In this document: positions 1 to 9,176 of the stretch, one piece after another | Layout: every line of letters starts with the position of its first letter | How positions within the stretch are numbered: position 1 is the stretch's first letter | Assembly (NCBI GenBank): GCA_963768105.1 | Contig: CAVYGR010000008.1 | Location: 233,023 to 297,022, forward strand | Direction: 5' to 3' | DNA from: Candidatus Dormiibacterota bacterium | GTDB taxonomy: Bacteria; Chloroflexota; Dormibacteria; Aeolococcales; Aeolococcaceae | Length of the DNA stretch: 64,000 nucleotides | Notes under the pieces: generated by a model | What the model was told of the DNA's origin: nothing | Seen by the model: only the letters and a program-made list of their open reading frames with translations | The model's database searches: none | Translations under genes and position numbers: made by a program

Positions 1-243
1 CCAGCCGCTCTCGACCTTCAGGCTCGCCGCGTTCGATTGGTTGAGCAGCGTCTCACTTGTGAAGCCGCTGTGCCCGCCGTTCGAGAGATACTGGGACCAG
101 TCGTTTCCCGACGATATCGCGGCGGCGCCACTGGACCCGAGCACCTGGAGCGCGACCACCGCGGCGATCCCCACACCGGCGGGCGCGCGGCTCCCGCCGT
201 TGCGACGGCGACCGATAGACAGCGGCAGATGCAGGCTCGGCAT
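1..243 (-). CDS. N-terminal part of a secreted PQQ/BamB-like beta-propeller repeat protein (runs off the window start)
   Basis: ATG at 243 is preceded by GGAGGAGGA. It reads MPSLHLPLSIGRRRNGGSRAPAGVGIAAVVALQVLGSSGAAAISSGNDWSQYLSNGGHSGFTSETLLNQSNAASLKVESGW, a signal/anchor followed by a DW.QY..N..HSGF motif typical of PQQ-like propellers. It is absent from the ORF track because it is open at the edge. Confidence 0.4.
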   Translation of the reverse strand, partial: MPSLHLPLSIGRRRNGGSRAPAGVGIAAVVALQVLGSSGAAAISSGNDWSQYLSNGGHSGFTSETLLNQSNAASLKVESGW

Positions 244-291
244 GGTTCCTCCTCCTGTGGCAGCAATGAGCTGCCGTCATGGCAACGACGG

Positions 292-1458
292 TCAGGAAAA
301 CCGCCGCATGAACCCGCGGATCGATGAAAGCGCGAGCAATGACCGGAACAGCGCTGGATGCGCGGCGAGTGTCAGGTTGTATCTGAACCGGCGGTCGGGA
401 TCCCAGCGCTCCTTGAACTGACCGCCACCCGCAAGGAACTCGACGCGGCGCATGCCGCGGTCGACCATCGAGCTCCGCAGGCTCTCCAGGGTGACGATCA
501 GGCCCACCGAGAACCGGCTCCACGCCGGGTCGTACCCCGAGTAGTAGAGGAACAGCGTCTCGAGATTCTCGAGCCACATCTGTGCCGCGACCGGCGTGCC
601 GTCGATCCACAGGACGCCGATCCTGAGCAGGCCCCGAGCGGCCAGTGCGGGGCACACGCTTCGAAAGAAAGCACGTCGCTGCAGTTGGGCAAAGTAATCC
701 TGATGACGCACCCGCATCGGGGCAAGGGCACGCGCTCGGTGCAGATCGAAGAGCATCGGCAGATACTCGATGACCTCGTTTGGGCTCCCGGCCGACGTGA
801 ACGCGACGGTGTGACCGGCTCGGCGCAGCAATTTCGGATAGTACTTGACGTTGTCACGCAGGCTTTTGTTGAGACCTCGGGTGAACTCGTCCCAGGTGAC
901 GCCGAGTCCACGGTAGAGGTACTCCGTCTTTGTCCCCGCGGCAACGGTGTGCCTGCGGATCCACGGTGAGAGCGCGTCGGTGTCGCGCAGGCCGGGCAGC
1001 GCGGCGAAGCTGAAGCGTGTTTCGGCGAGCCACTCGCACAGCGCCGCCACCAGCGCGTCGCGCCGATGCTCCGGGAAGAGGAACTCGAGTTGCTCGGTCA
1101 CGCTCCAACCCCTGCCCGGCTCCCATCCCAGCGGGAGGAGCAGCGTCGCCCCGAGCCACCGGGGGCCGACACCGCGAGCGTAGAACGGTGCGAGTCCGAC
1201 CAACCGGCCGCCCGCACGAAAAGTCACGATCCGGAGCAGGCACTGCAATCGCCCGCGGCGCCCAGGGCGCAGATGCCTCCACCACGCCTGCGCCCACTCC
1301 CATGAGTTGAACGGCGAGGGTGGGTCCATCTCGTCCACGAGCGCATTCCAGCCGGACCGCAGCGCCGTGAAACCGGCCTCGTCGTCCACCACGTCGACGA
1401 CGACCCGTGGAGCCGGCGCCTCGCTGCCGGCGGCGATCTCAACTGCGTGCGGCAACAT
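292..1458 (-). CDS. CelD/BioF2-like FemAB-fold GNAT acyltransferase
   Basis: From ORF 292..1545. I chose the internal start MLPHAVEIAAG (1458) because the upstream GT stops at 1439. The motif SPFNSWEWAQAWWRHL and the length of about 390 aa match CelD-like proteins of EPS loci. A paralog lies at 5038..6177. Confidence 0.7.
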   Translation of the reverse strand: MLPHAVEIAAGSEAPAPRVVVDVVDDEAGFTALRSGWNALVDEMDPPSPFNSWEWAQAWWRHLRPGRRGRLQCLLRIVTFRAGGRLVGLAPFYARGVGPRWLGATLLLPLGWEPGRGWSVTEQLEFLFPEHRRDALVAALCEWLAETRFSFAALPGLRDTDALSPWIRRHTVAAGTKTEYLYRGLGVTWDEFTRGLNKSLRDNVKYYPKLLRRAGHTVAFTSAGSPNEVIEYLPMLFDLHRARALAPMRVRHQDYFAQLQRRAFFRSVCPALAARGLLRIGVLWIDGTPVAAQMWLENLETLFLYYSGYDPAWSRFSVGLIVTLESLRSSMVDRGMRRVEFLAGGGQFKERWDPDRRFRYNLTLAAHPALFRSLLALSSIRGFMRRFS

Positions 1459-2650
1459 GTGCGTGCTCGAGGCGATGGCTGGGCGTTCCTTCCAGCATGT
1501 CGAAGTACTCCATCTCCAGCAGGTCGGCCGTCGCTGCGACTGCATGGTGGGCGGTCACGTACCGCAACCCGGCCTCCCCCATCCGTCGTGCGACCGTCGG
1601 ATTGCTGAGGAGAAAGTTGACCCCCCGAGCCAGATCCTCGGCTGTGGTTGCGATGATGGCGTCGCGGCCGTTGTGAAGACGGAGATCGCTGATCGCCGCC
1701 GGTGTGGCCACGACGGGCGTGGCGCAGGCCAGCGCCTCGAGCACCTTGTTCTGGACACCGACCGCATACCGCAGCGGAGCCACCGCGACCGCCGCGTGTC
1801 CGATCGTGGCCGCGAGGTCGGGGACATAGTCACGTACTCGGATGTCGTCGCGGGCGAGCATCCGCAGCGATCGCGGCGGTCGGCTCCCCGCGATCAGGAG
1901 CGCAGCATCCGGATGCTCGGCGCGGACCAACGGCCAGATGCGCTCGCCGAGCCACTGCGCCGCACTGCTGTTGGCGTGGAAGCTCATCTTGCCGGTCATG
2001 ACCACAAGCCTCGATCGCCGATCTCCGCCAGGGGTGAAGCGCTCGTGGTCCACAGGGTTGGTCACCACCGCGATGCGAGCGTTCGGGGCAATCTCGCGAA
2101 GCGCGGCCGCGTCGCGTTGCGAGGTGACGATCACCCGGTCCACCGACGTCAAGGCCACGGCCTCGTAGCGTCTGAGCCTGCCGGCTTCGGCTCGATAGAG
2201 CCACCGGGATGGCGGTTGGTGGTCGCGAGCGGCGAGCCGGAACAGCTCGGACACGCAATCGACGGCGTCGAAGAGGACCGGCACGTCGCGTTGGGCGGGA
2301 AGGTATGGCAGCGCGCGGAGGTGTTCCACATGCACAAGGTCGTACCGCCCTCCGCGCATGGCATCAGTGACCGCCCTGCGCATCGCGCGTGACGCGGCGG
2401 CCATCGTCTGGAGCGGGTACGAAGGCTCGACCACGTGGCGCAGGGCAAGCAGCTTGTCCACTCGGGTGGAGGGCAGCGCTCGCTGCACCCTGCTGATCCG
2501 CGATGCTGGGGCAACCGTCGGCCGGTGCAGCGTCAGGACGTGCACGTCGTGGCTCTGGGCGATCGCACCTATGAGCAGGCGAGCCCGCACAGCAAGGTCC
2601 GACGGTTCGTACGGTGCGACGTACAGGATCCGCAAGCGCCTGGCGATCAC
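1439..2650 (-). CDS. GT-B glycosyltransferase (GT4-like)
   Basis: N-terminus RLRILYVAPYEP. C-terminal domain has GKMSFHANS and QNKVLEALACATPVVAT. GTG at 2650 overlaps the upstream TGA (GTGA at 2647-2650). Confidence 0.8.
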   Translation of the reverse strand: MIARRLRILYVAPYEPSDLAVRARLLIGAIAQSHDVHVLTLHRPTVAPASRISRVQRALPSTRVDKLLALRHVVEPSYPLQTMAAASRAMRRAVTDAMRGGRYDLVHVEHLRALPYLPAQRDVPVLFDAVDCVSELFRLAARDHQPPSRWLYRAEAGRLRRYEAVALTSVDRVIVTSQRDAAALREIAPNARIAVVTNPVDHERFTPGGDRRSRLVVMTGKMSFHANSSAAQWLGERIWPLVRAEHPDAALLIAGSRPPRSLRMLARDDIRVRDYVPDLAATIGHAAVAVAPLRYAVGVQNKVLEALACATPVVATPAAISDLRLHNGRDAIIATTAEDLARGVNFLLSNPTVARRMGEAGLRYVTAHHAVAATADLLEMEYFDMLEGTPSHRLEHAHVAARS

Positions 2651-3783
2651 GCGCTCCCGTTCGACCGCACCCGTGCGGTGCTGGTTTTGATCAGGTCGCG
2701 ATAGAGGGACTCGGTTCGGAGCGCGATCTGTTCCCAGGATGCGCCCGCGTCGTCCAGTGCAGGATCGCTGGGGTATCGGCACGCCATCGCCAGGGCCAGT
2801 GCCGAGGGATCATCAGGGGGGACCAAGGCTCCGACGCCATATCGCGTGAACGCCTCGCCCAATCCACCGACGTCGGTGGTCACCACGGGCTTGCGAAACG
2901 CGGCAGCCAACTCGATCATGCCGCTGTCGCTGGTGCCTCTGTACGGCAGCGCGACCACATCGGCCGCCGCGAAGTACCGACTGATCTCCGCGCGTGGAAT
3001 GAAGCGGAGGTCCCACCGCACGGGCAAATGCTCGCGCTCAGACGCGCGACGCATCGCCGTGACGTCGTACAGAGGCCGTCCTGCGATGACGCCGATGACC
3101 CCGGGAGCGTTGCGTTGGACAAGGCGCATCGCCTCGAGAAACAGCTCGACGCCCTTGTACCGGCGCAGGAAGCCAAACAGCAGGACCACATGGGCGTCGT
3201 TCGGCAGATTGAGGGCAGTCCGCGCAAGGTCGGCCGAAGGAACCGTCGACGCCAACGGCGTGTACCTGCCGTGCGGAATGATCGTCACCGACGTGCCAGG
3301 AAGCAGGTCCCGGAGCCGTTGTCGCGACGCCTGTGAATGGCATACCAGTGTGTCGAACCCCCGGTAATACCGGCTGTACGAGCCGAGCCACGGCCGCCAT
3401 TCGTGGCCCTGAACATCGTGGACCGTGCACACGCGGGCCGAGCTCGAGATGCCCCGGTAGAATTGCCGCTCCACGATCGGCATGACGGTGCCCTGCGCAT
3501 GGACGATGTCGGGCCCGAATGCCTGGAGCGCCTTGCCGGCCGCGCCCAGCGACCGGGCGAGCCTGATGGCCTTGCGCGGCTTGGACTCCGAGGTCCGGTA
3601 CCGGAACACCGGCATCACGTCAAAGCTGGGGGTGGACTCGAGTGGCTCGAACAACGAGGAGGTGATGACGGCAACGTGGTGACCACGAGCGGCCAGTGCC
3701 TGCGCGAGGCAGTCGGTGTAATCGGCGGTGCCGCCGACGCCGTAGAACTCGACGAGGCCGATACGCAACGGACCTGTGGTCAT
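2647..3783 (-). CDS. GT-B glycosyltransferase (GT4)
   Basis: N-terminus MTTGPLRIGLVEFYGVGGTADY. GT4-type donor-binding region LPYRGTSDSGMIELAAAFRKPVVTTDVGG. ATGA overlap with the upstream gene at 3780-3783. Confidence 0.8.
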   Translation of the reverse strand: MTTGPLRIGLVEFYGVGGTADYTDCLAQALAARGHHVAVITSSLFEPLESTPSFDVMPVFRYRTSESKPRKAIRLARSLGAAGKALQAFGPDIVHAQGTVMPIVERQFYRGISSSARVCTVHDVQGHEWRPWLGSYSRYYRGFDTLVCHSQASRQRLRDLLPGTSVTIIPHGRYTPLASTVPSADLARTALNLPNDAHVVLLFGFLRRYKGVELFLEAMRLVQRNAPGVIGVIAGRPLYDVTAMRRASEREHLPVRWDLRFIPRAEISRYFAAADVVALPYRGTSDSGMIELAAAFRKPVVTTDVGGLGEAFTRYGVGALVPPDDPSALALAMACRYPSDPALDDAGASWEQIALRTESLYRDLIKTSTARVRSNGSA

Positions 3784-5078
3784 CGGACTGGAACCGCCGC
3801 CTCCACCTCACCATGGCCAGCCGGCTGTCGCCATTGCGAGTGCCGGCGATTGGCGGAGAGCAATGCCGGGATGAGCGACGCCATTCGGCGTCCCCACGAG
3901 TCCCAGTTGAGACGCTGTTCATAGACGTCGCGGCTGCTCCGCACCAGGGCTTCATATCGCGATCGGTCGCGGACCAGGCCGGCGATCACGGCGGCATAGG
4001 CGCGCCCATCAGCCGAGAGCGGCAGGAGCACCCCGTTCTCGCCGTCGGTGACCGCCCCCGCAACACCGCCCGTATCGGTGGTGACCGACGGCCTTCCGTG
4101 TGCGCTGGCCTCGCAGAAGACCATTCCGAAGCATTCGGCTCTGGTGGGCAGCAGGAGAAAGTCCGACTCGAGATACAGCCGTGAGAGCCGCTCGCGTTCG
4201 CTGCGAATCTCTTTGTCGAGGGTGCCCAGGACGCGGACGTTGGCGCGATCCACGTTCTTCGGCGGCGCACAGCCCACGACGGTCAGCTCTGCAGCGATAC
4301 CCTCGGAGCGAAGTGTCTGCAGCGCCTGGTAGGCAATGTCACCGCCTTTCCGGTCCCAATCGACTCCGACAAACAGCAGCCGGCAACCACCGTCCGGTCG
4401 GGGAGCTGTCGCCACCGCCCGGGAGGGGATCTCGTCGAAGTTGGCGCCGTAGGGGATGACGTGCACCTTCTCGTCCCTGACCAGGTAGTCCGCACGGGCG
4501 GAGCGCGCCGCCCATTCCGACGGGTACACGAGGAGGCTGGCGCGACGCAGCACTCGCGCCTCGAGCCTCTGGGCGACACGCGCGTTCCGCGCCGGCAGAC
4601 CGGAATAGAACGGGTAGTAGTCGGCGACGAGCGCGAAGGTCGCGTCCGACGTGTAGACGATCGGGATATCGGTGTGAAGCAGTGCAACGTGCGGCGCCGC
4701 CGACGCCGCGAGGATCACGTCGATGCCGTTCAGTCGTCGGGTGAGGACTCGTGACCAGTCTCGCGCCTGCAGGATGGTGTTGCTGAAGTCGTACGGTCGC
4801 CGCAGCACCTCACGCGCGACCCGGTTGGCTGCCTTGCCGACCACTCTCACCGGCGAATGCAACGGATCGAGGTGCACGACGTTGCCGCAGTGCTGCCGCA
4901 AGGCCTTCGCCATGTAATGCCCGGTCGCGGCCCAGTGCGGTCCAGGCCGCCGCGAATCGACCGACGTCAGCAACCCGATGGTGGGCCGGACCACTGGGCT
5001 CGCAACCGCTGCACCGGACTGGCCCGTCATGTCGGCGTTATCCGAGGTGTGTCCCATAGGCGCCGATCGGGTTGGCAC
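3780..5078 (-). CDS. GT-B glycosyltransferase (GT4)
   Basis: LLLPTRAECFGMVFCEASAHGRPSVTTDTGG is the GT4 signature. The start is uncertain (5078, 5057 or 5030). Confidence 0.8.
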   Translation of the reverse strand: MPTRSAPMGHTSDNADMTGQSGAAVASPVVRPTIGLLTSVDSRRPGPHWAATGHYMAKALRQHCGNVVHLDPLHSPVRVVGKAANRVAREVLRRPYDFSNTILQARDWSRVLTRRLNGIDVILAASAAPHVALLHTDIPIVYTSDATFALVADYYPFYSGLPARNARVAQRLEARVLRRASLLVYPSEWAARSARADYLVRDEKVHVIPYGANFDEIPSRAVATAPRPDGGCRLLFVGVDWDRKGGDIAYQALQTLRSEGIAAELTVVGCAPPKNVDRANVRVLGTLDKEIRSERERLSRLYLESDFLLLPTRAECFGMVFCEASAHGRPSVTTDTGGVAGAVTDGENGVLLPLSADGRAYAAVIAGLVRDRSRYEALVRSSRDVYEQRLNWDSWGRRMASLIPALLSANRRHSQWRQPAGHGEVEAAVPVR

Positions 5079-6177
5079 TCGTTCCGCGGAGGCGAAGACC
5101 GCGCCGGATGCGCGGCACCCTGAGGATCAACCTCGCCAGTGCCGGCCTTCGGGCAAGTGTGACGTTGACCCGCAGCCGCCTCGAGGTCTCCCAGCGTTCC
5201 TTGGCGTGTCCGCCTCCGCGAAGAAACTCGACGGAGGTGAGGCCGCGACTGATGCCGTCCTTCAACGCCTCGATGGTCGCGACCAATTGCACGGAGTACC
5301 GCGACCACGCCGGGTCGTAACCGCTGTAGTAGATGAACATCGTGCTGCCGGTCTCGAGCCACACCTGGGCCGCAACAACGCGGTCATCGACCTCGAGGAG
5401 GCCGACCTTGAGCTTGCCGGCAGCGGCGAGCATCGGGCCAACGTCCGTCAGGAATGCGCGGCGATCGCGGAAGCGAAACCTGTCCTCGTGTGCCACAGCC
5501 GCCCCGGAGATGGCGCGCGCTCGGTGCAACTCGAAGAAGACTGGGATCGCAGCGGAGACCTCCGCCGGAGTCCCGCACACTCGCAGGGTGGTGTTGTGGC
5601 CGCTACGCTCCAGCAGCTTCGGATAGTACTTGACGTTGTCGCGCATGCTCTTGCCAAGGTTTGCCACGACCTCCGCCCAGGTTGCGGGAAGGCTCCGGTA
5701 GTAGGACCACATCGGCCGTCCGAGCAGGACCAGCTTCTCAGCGAGCCATCCCTCGAGCGGAGGCGGCATCTGATTGCCGGGAAGCAGCGCCAGTGACCAG
5801 CGGCGTTCCTGGAGCCACGCGCAGAGGGCGGTCATGAGCCGCGGGCGATCCTGCGCAGGGAACAGCAGCTCGTTCTGCTCGGTGATGCCCTGCTTACGCC
5901 GATGGTCCTCCCATCCGAGCGGCGCCAGAATTGACGGTCCACGGCGCGTGCCGTATCGACGTTGGTGCAGTGGAGCGATACCGATGACGCCGCGCGCATC
6001 GCGTACGACCAAAAGCCGCAGCCGGTGTGTTGCCCCGAAATGCCTCCACCAGGTCCGGCACCACTCCCAGGACTGAAACGGGGACGGCACCTCGAGGCGG
6101 TCGACCAGCTGGTTCCACTCGTCCCGGAGGAGGTCGAAGCCATCCTCGGTCGTGATTTCGCTGACCGAGATCCCCAC
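5038..6177 (-). CDS. CelD/BioF2-like FemAB-fold GNAT acyltransferase (paralog of 292..1458)
   Basis: Motif SPFQSWEWCRTWWRHFG. It is collinear with the first copy along its whole length. GTG at 6177 lies 1 nt after the galU stop (6179-6181). Confidence 0.7.
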   Translation of the reverse strand: MGISVSEITTEDGFDLLRDEWNQLVDRLEVPSPFQSWEWCRTWWRHFGATHRLRLLVVRDARGVIGIAPLHQRRYGTRRGPSILAPLGWEDHRRKQGITEQNELLFPAQDRPRLMTALCAWLQERRWSLALLPGNQMPPPLEGWLAEKLVLLGRPMWSYYRSLPATWAEVVANLGKSMRDNVKYYPKLLERSGHNTTLRVCGTPAEVSAAIPVFFELHRARAISGAAVAHEDRFRFRDRRAFLTDVGPMLAAAGKLKVGLLEVDDRVVAAQVWLETGSTMFIYYSGYDPAWSRYSVQLVATIEALKDGISRGLTSVEFLRGGGHAKERWETSRRLRVNVTLARRPALARLILRVPRIRRGLRLRGTSANPIGAYGTHLG

Positions 6178-6178
6178 C

Positions 6179-7039
6179 CTACAAGACTCCCGCAGCTGAG
6201 GTGGGCTGCGCCGCAGCGGCCGCGTAGCGCGCGACCGATCGGGTGTATTCCGACGGCGTCCCGCAATCAAAGGTCTCCCCGGTGAATTCCGCACCAAAGA
6301 CACCCTCTGCGCGCGAGAGGCAGCTGGCATAGGCATCGGTGAGCTGGAGCTCACCCGTGAGCCGGCGCATTCCTGCCTGCAGGGCGGCCAGGATGGGTTC
6401 GGTCACGATGTAGCGGCCGAAGACGCGATACGCCGAGGCGATCTCGCCCGGTGCGGGTTTCTCGATCAGCTGCCGGATGCGCAACCTGCCGTTTTCACTG
6501 GTGCACGCCGCGACGCCGTAGCGACCCGCCTCGCTCGCGGGAAACCTGCGCACGCTGAGCGTTCCCATCCCGGTTGCCTGCCACAGGTTCTCGAGGTCGT
6601 GCCAGGGATGCACCGCCGGGATGACGTCGTCGGGCAGCAGCACACCCAGGTTCTCGTCACCGGTCAATCGATAGGCAAGCAGCACCGCCTCGCCCGGTCC
6701 CTGCGTCTCCTTTTCGACAAATTGCAGGCGCATCCGGTTGTACAGGGCGCGCGCGGCACGCACCCGCTCGAGCGCCTGGACCTGCCCACGCGTCTGCAGC
6801 ACGCGCTCCAGCTTGTCGTCGCCTTCGAAATACGAGCGAATCGCTCGCTTGCTGGGTGAGATGACGATGATCGCCTCGCTGAAGCCGGCCCGTTCGGCTT
6901 CGAGCACCGCGTGATGGATCAACGGCCATTCGCCAAGCGGGAGCAGCTCCTTCGGGACCACTCGGGTGAGGGGAAGAAAGCGCGTGCCGAGGCCGGCGGA
7001 GGGAATGACGACGCGGCGCAGATCTCGCATCGTTGACAT
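6179..7039 (-). CDS. galU: UTP-glucose-1-phosphate uridylyltransferase
   Basis: VIPSAGLGTRFLPLTRVVPKELLPLGEWPLIHHAVLEAERAG is the GalU signature. The start MSTMRDL at 7039 is 2 nt after the upstream stop. The longer ORF to 7291 overlaps the upstream gene. Confidence 0.85.
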   Translation of the reverse strand: MSTMRDLRRVVIPSAGLGTRFLPLTRVVPKELLPLGEWPLIHHAVLEAERAGFSEAIIVISPSKRAIRSYFEGDDKLERVLQTRGQVQALERVRAARALYNRMRLQFVEKETQGPGEAVLLAYRLTGDENLGVLLPDDVIPAVHPWHDLENLWQATGMGTLSVRRFPASEAGRYGVAACTSENGRLRIRQLIEKPAPGEIASAYRVFGRYIVTEPILAALQAGMRRLTGELQLTDAYASCLSRAEGVFGAEFTGETFDCGTPSEYTRSVARYAAAAAQPTSAAGVL

Positions 7040-7041
7040 CG

Positions 7042-8127
7042 TCACGTCGCCACCGCCTCGGCCGGGACGAGGGTGGGCAGGCTCTGCATCGCCGCGACCT
7101 CGAGGCAACTCTCGAGGTCTCCCTCGGGCCGCAGATCGATGTCCCGCCAGAAGCTGTCGTACGGCAACGCCTCGGCGTTCAAAAGGTACGCCCGCCCGAT
7201 GCGGTACGGGAAGTATTCTCGCTTCCCACGCAGTCGATAGAGCCACTCGGCCGCCCATGCGCCGGCCATGGTCAGACCCCGCGGCAGCCACAGCTGCCGG
7301 TACTCCCGCCCCACCGCCGCGCAGTACGCGCGAACGAGCTCACGCTTGGTTGGTGGCGCTCCAGACTCGACGTCGTACACGCGGAGACGGCCCGGTTGCG
7401 GGCTCTGGTCGAGGAGCGCAAGCACGCCCCGTATCAGATCGCGGACGTCGAGCAGCGGCGCTCCATTCCTGGGACGGCCGATCCCCACCGCGAGGCCCGA
7501 TGACAGCGGCTTGGCGGTCGAGATCAGCGTCGAACCAAGAACACGCGAACGATCCCGCGCATCGCTTGCGGAGTGCCCCATGCCGGGTCCGCAGACGAGC
7601 GCGAGTTGCAGGATGCAGACCTCCATGGACAGCTCGCCGGCGGACGTCATCTCGTGCACCGCCGCCTCGGCAAGGATCTTCGAATGCGCGTAGAGCCCGC
7701 GACGCTCCGGGTGCTGATCGAAGACTCTGGATTCGTCACGACGATCGCGAGGGATCGGCCCGGGATACACGGTCATGGAGCTGACATGGATGAAGCGCCG
7801 GGCATGGACGCTCTCGGCGAGACGCGCCACGTGGCGCGTCCCCTGGACGGTCTCTTTGAGAACGCCCTCGTACCGCTCACGATCGGTCGTGCCGCCGTCG
7901 CTCGAGAGGTACTCGCTCTTCCCGGTTGCGAAGTGGACCACTGCATCGATGGGAAGCGGGAGGTCGGAAGCGGTCAGCTCGAGCATGTCTTTGACAATCG
8001 CCGCCTCGTGGCCGGTCTCCCCGAGCAGCCGCCGATCCGTGGCGGCCACCCGGAGTCCGTTGGCAGTCGCGGCATCGCAGAACAACCGGCCGACGAAACC
8101 GGCTGCGCCGGTCACAAGGATTCGCAT
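7042..8127 (-). CDS. NAD-dependent sugar epimerase/dehydratase (extended SDR)
   Basis: MRILVTGAAGFVGRL Rossmann motif and the YAHSKILAE (YxxxK) catalytic motif. Confidence 0.8.
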   Translation of the reverse strand: MRILVTGAAGFVGRLFCDAATANGLRVAATDRRLLGETGHEAAIVKDMLELTASDLPLPIDAVVHFATGKSEYLSSDGGTTDRERYEGVLKETVQGTRHVARLAESVHARRFIHVSSMTVYPGPIPRDRRDESRVFDQHPERRGLYAHSKILAEAAVHEMTSAGELSMEVCILQLALVCGPGMGHSASDARDRSRVLGSTLISTAKPLSSGLAVGIGRPRNGAPLLDVRDLIRGVLALLDQSPQPGRLRVYDVESGAPPTKRELVRAYCAAVGREYRQLWLPRGLTMAGAWAAEWLYRLRGKREYFPYRIGRAYLLNAEALPYDSFWRDIDLRPEGDLESCLEVAAMQSLPTLVPAEAVAT

Positions 8128-9176
8128 CGCATCTCCTCGAGTGCTACGGGTGTCCCGACAAGATCCTGGGCAATGCGTGCCAGGTGGAGGGCAAAGGTCG
8201 GTGCGGCAAACTCGTCACGCACCGCCTGCGCGGCGTTGCGGCCGAGGCGCTCACGCTCATGCGGGTTGCGCCAGAGTCGAAGCATGGCCTCACGAAGAGC
8301 GACGGCATCGCCAGGCGGTACGAGCAGTGCCGTCTCACTATCGCGCACGTAATCGCGGATGCCGGTGGTGTCGGACACGATGACGGCCTTTCCGCGCGCC
8401 ATGGCTCGGAGGAGGACGGTGAGACCCGAGGAAAAGGCGGCGGCCTTCAGGGGGATGACGTGAAAGGCGGCCCGTGCCACCAGCGCTGCTTCTTCCGAAG
8501 GGCCGAGCAGCGAGGGGATTGCCACCACGTTCGGCAGCTCGCGACCCCGCATCCATGGGTTGCGGTACATGACGACGCGCACGTCGGTGTCGCGCAGCGC
8601 TTCCCACAGCGTTGGAAAGTCGCGATTGGAGTGCCCCAAGGCGAGCACGAAGTCTTCATGGTCACCATCGATACCGTCATCGGCGATTGGGTCGCGTGCA
8701 TCCGCAAACCGAGGGACGAATTGCATGCGCTCCGGCGGCAGATGCAGCTGGCGGCACATGACACCGTGCTCCGCGGTGCTGAACGAGACGACCCGGTCTG
8801 CATCACGTAACAGGGGCCGCATCAGCGGCAGGGCGAGTGCAGCCCAGCCCTTCACTGTGGGGTTGAGGCTGACCACCCGTGCCCGGCGCTGGTTGGTCAA
8901 ACGCCGGAGCAGGAGGGTCGCCAGCGTGTTGCGCAACTCCCAGGTGAAGAGGATGTCGAGGCTGTCCAGCTGGGGACGGCGTCGAGCAAGGTGCAGGAAC
9001 TCCCCGACGTACGGCGGCAGCCATCGATGCCGGAACCAGATCGAATCCGGCGGCGGTAGCGCCGCAAGCAATTCGGTTTCGTAGTCGGCCTCCGGCAGGT
9101 ATAGGCCCAGCCACCTTCCCGGCGGATCGCTCGGCTCGAAATTGATGACGAAGCCGAGACGGAGTGGTGGCTTCAT
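8112..9176 (-). CDS. GT-B glycosyltransferase (GT4-like, divergent)
   Basis: C-terminal GT-B domain VIPLKAAAFSSGLTVLLRAMARGKAVIVSDTTGIRDYV. The start MKPPLRLGFV at 9176 forms an ATGA overlap with the upstream stop. Confidence 0.65.
   Translation of the reverse strand: MKPPLRLGFVINFEPSDPPGRWLGLYLPEADYETELLAALPPPDSIWFRHRWLPPYVGEFLHLARRRPQLDSLDILFTWELRNTLATLLLRRLTNQRRARVVSLNPTVKGWAALALPLMRPLLRDADRVVSFSTAEHGVMCRQLHLPPERMQFVPRFADARDPIADDGIDGDHEDFVLALGHSNRDFPTLWEALRDTDVRVVMYRNPWMRGRELPNVVAIPSLLGPSEEAALVARAAFHVIPLKAAAFSSGLTVLLRAMARGKAVIVSDTTGIRDYVRDSETALLVPPGDAVALREAMLRLWRNPHERERLGRNAAQAVRDEFAAPTFALHLARIAQDLVGTPVALEEMRCESL

Noticed and set aside
6179-7039. Reinterpreting the GalU-like gene as the missing heptose-1-phosphate nucleotidyltransferase (HddC)
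   Set aside because: The N-terminal signature (AGLGTRFLP.T...PKE.LP) and the following E..D.LE..L region are those of GalU proper. Without biochemical or phylogenetic data, the standard call is better supported.
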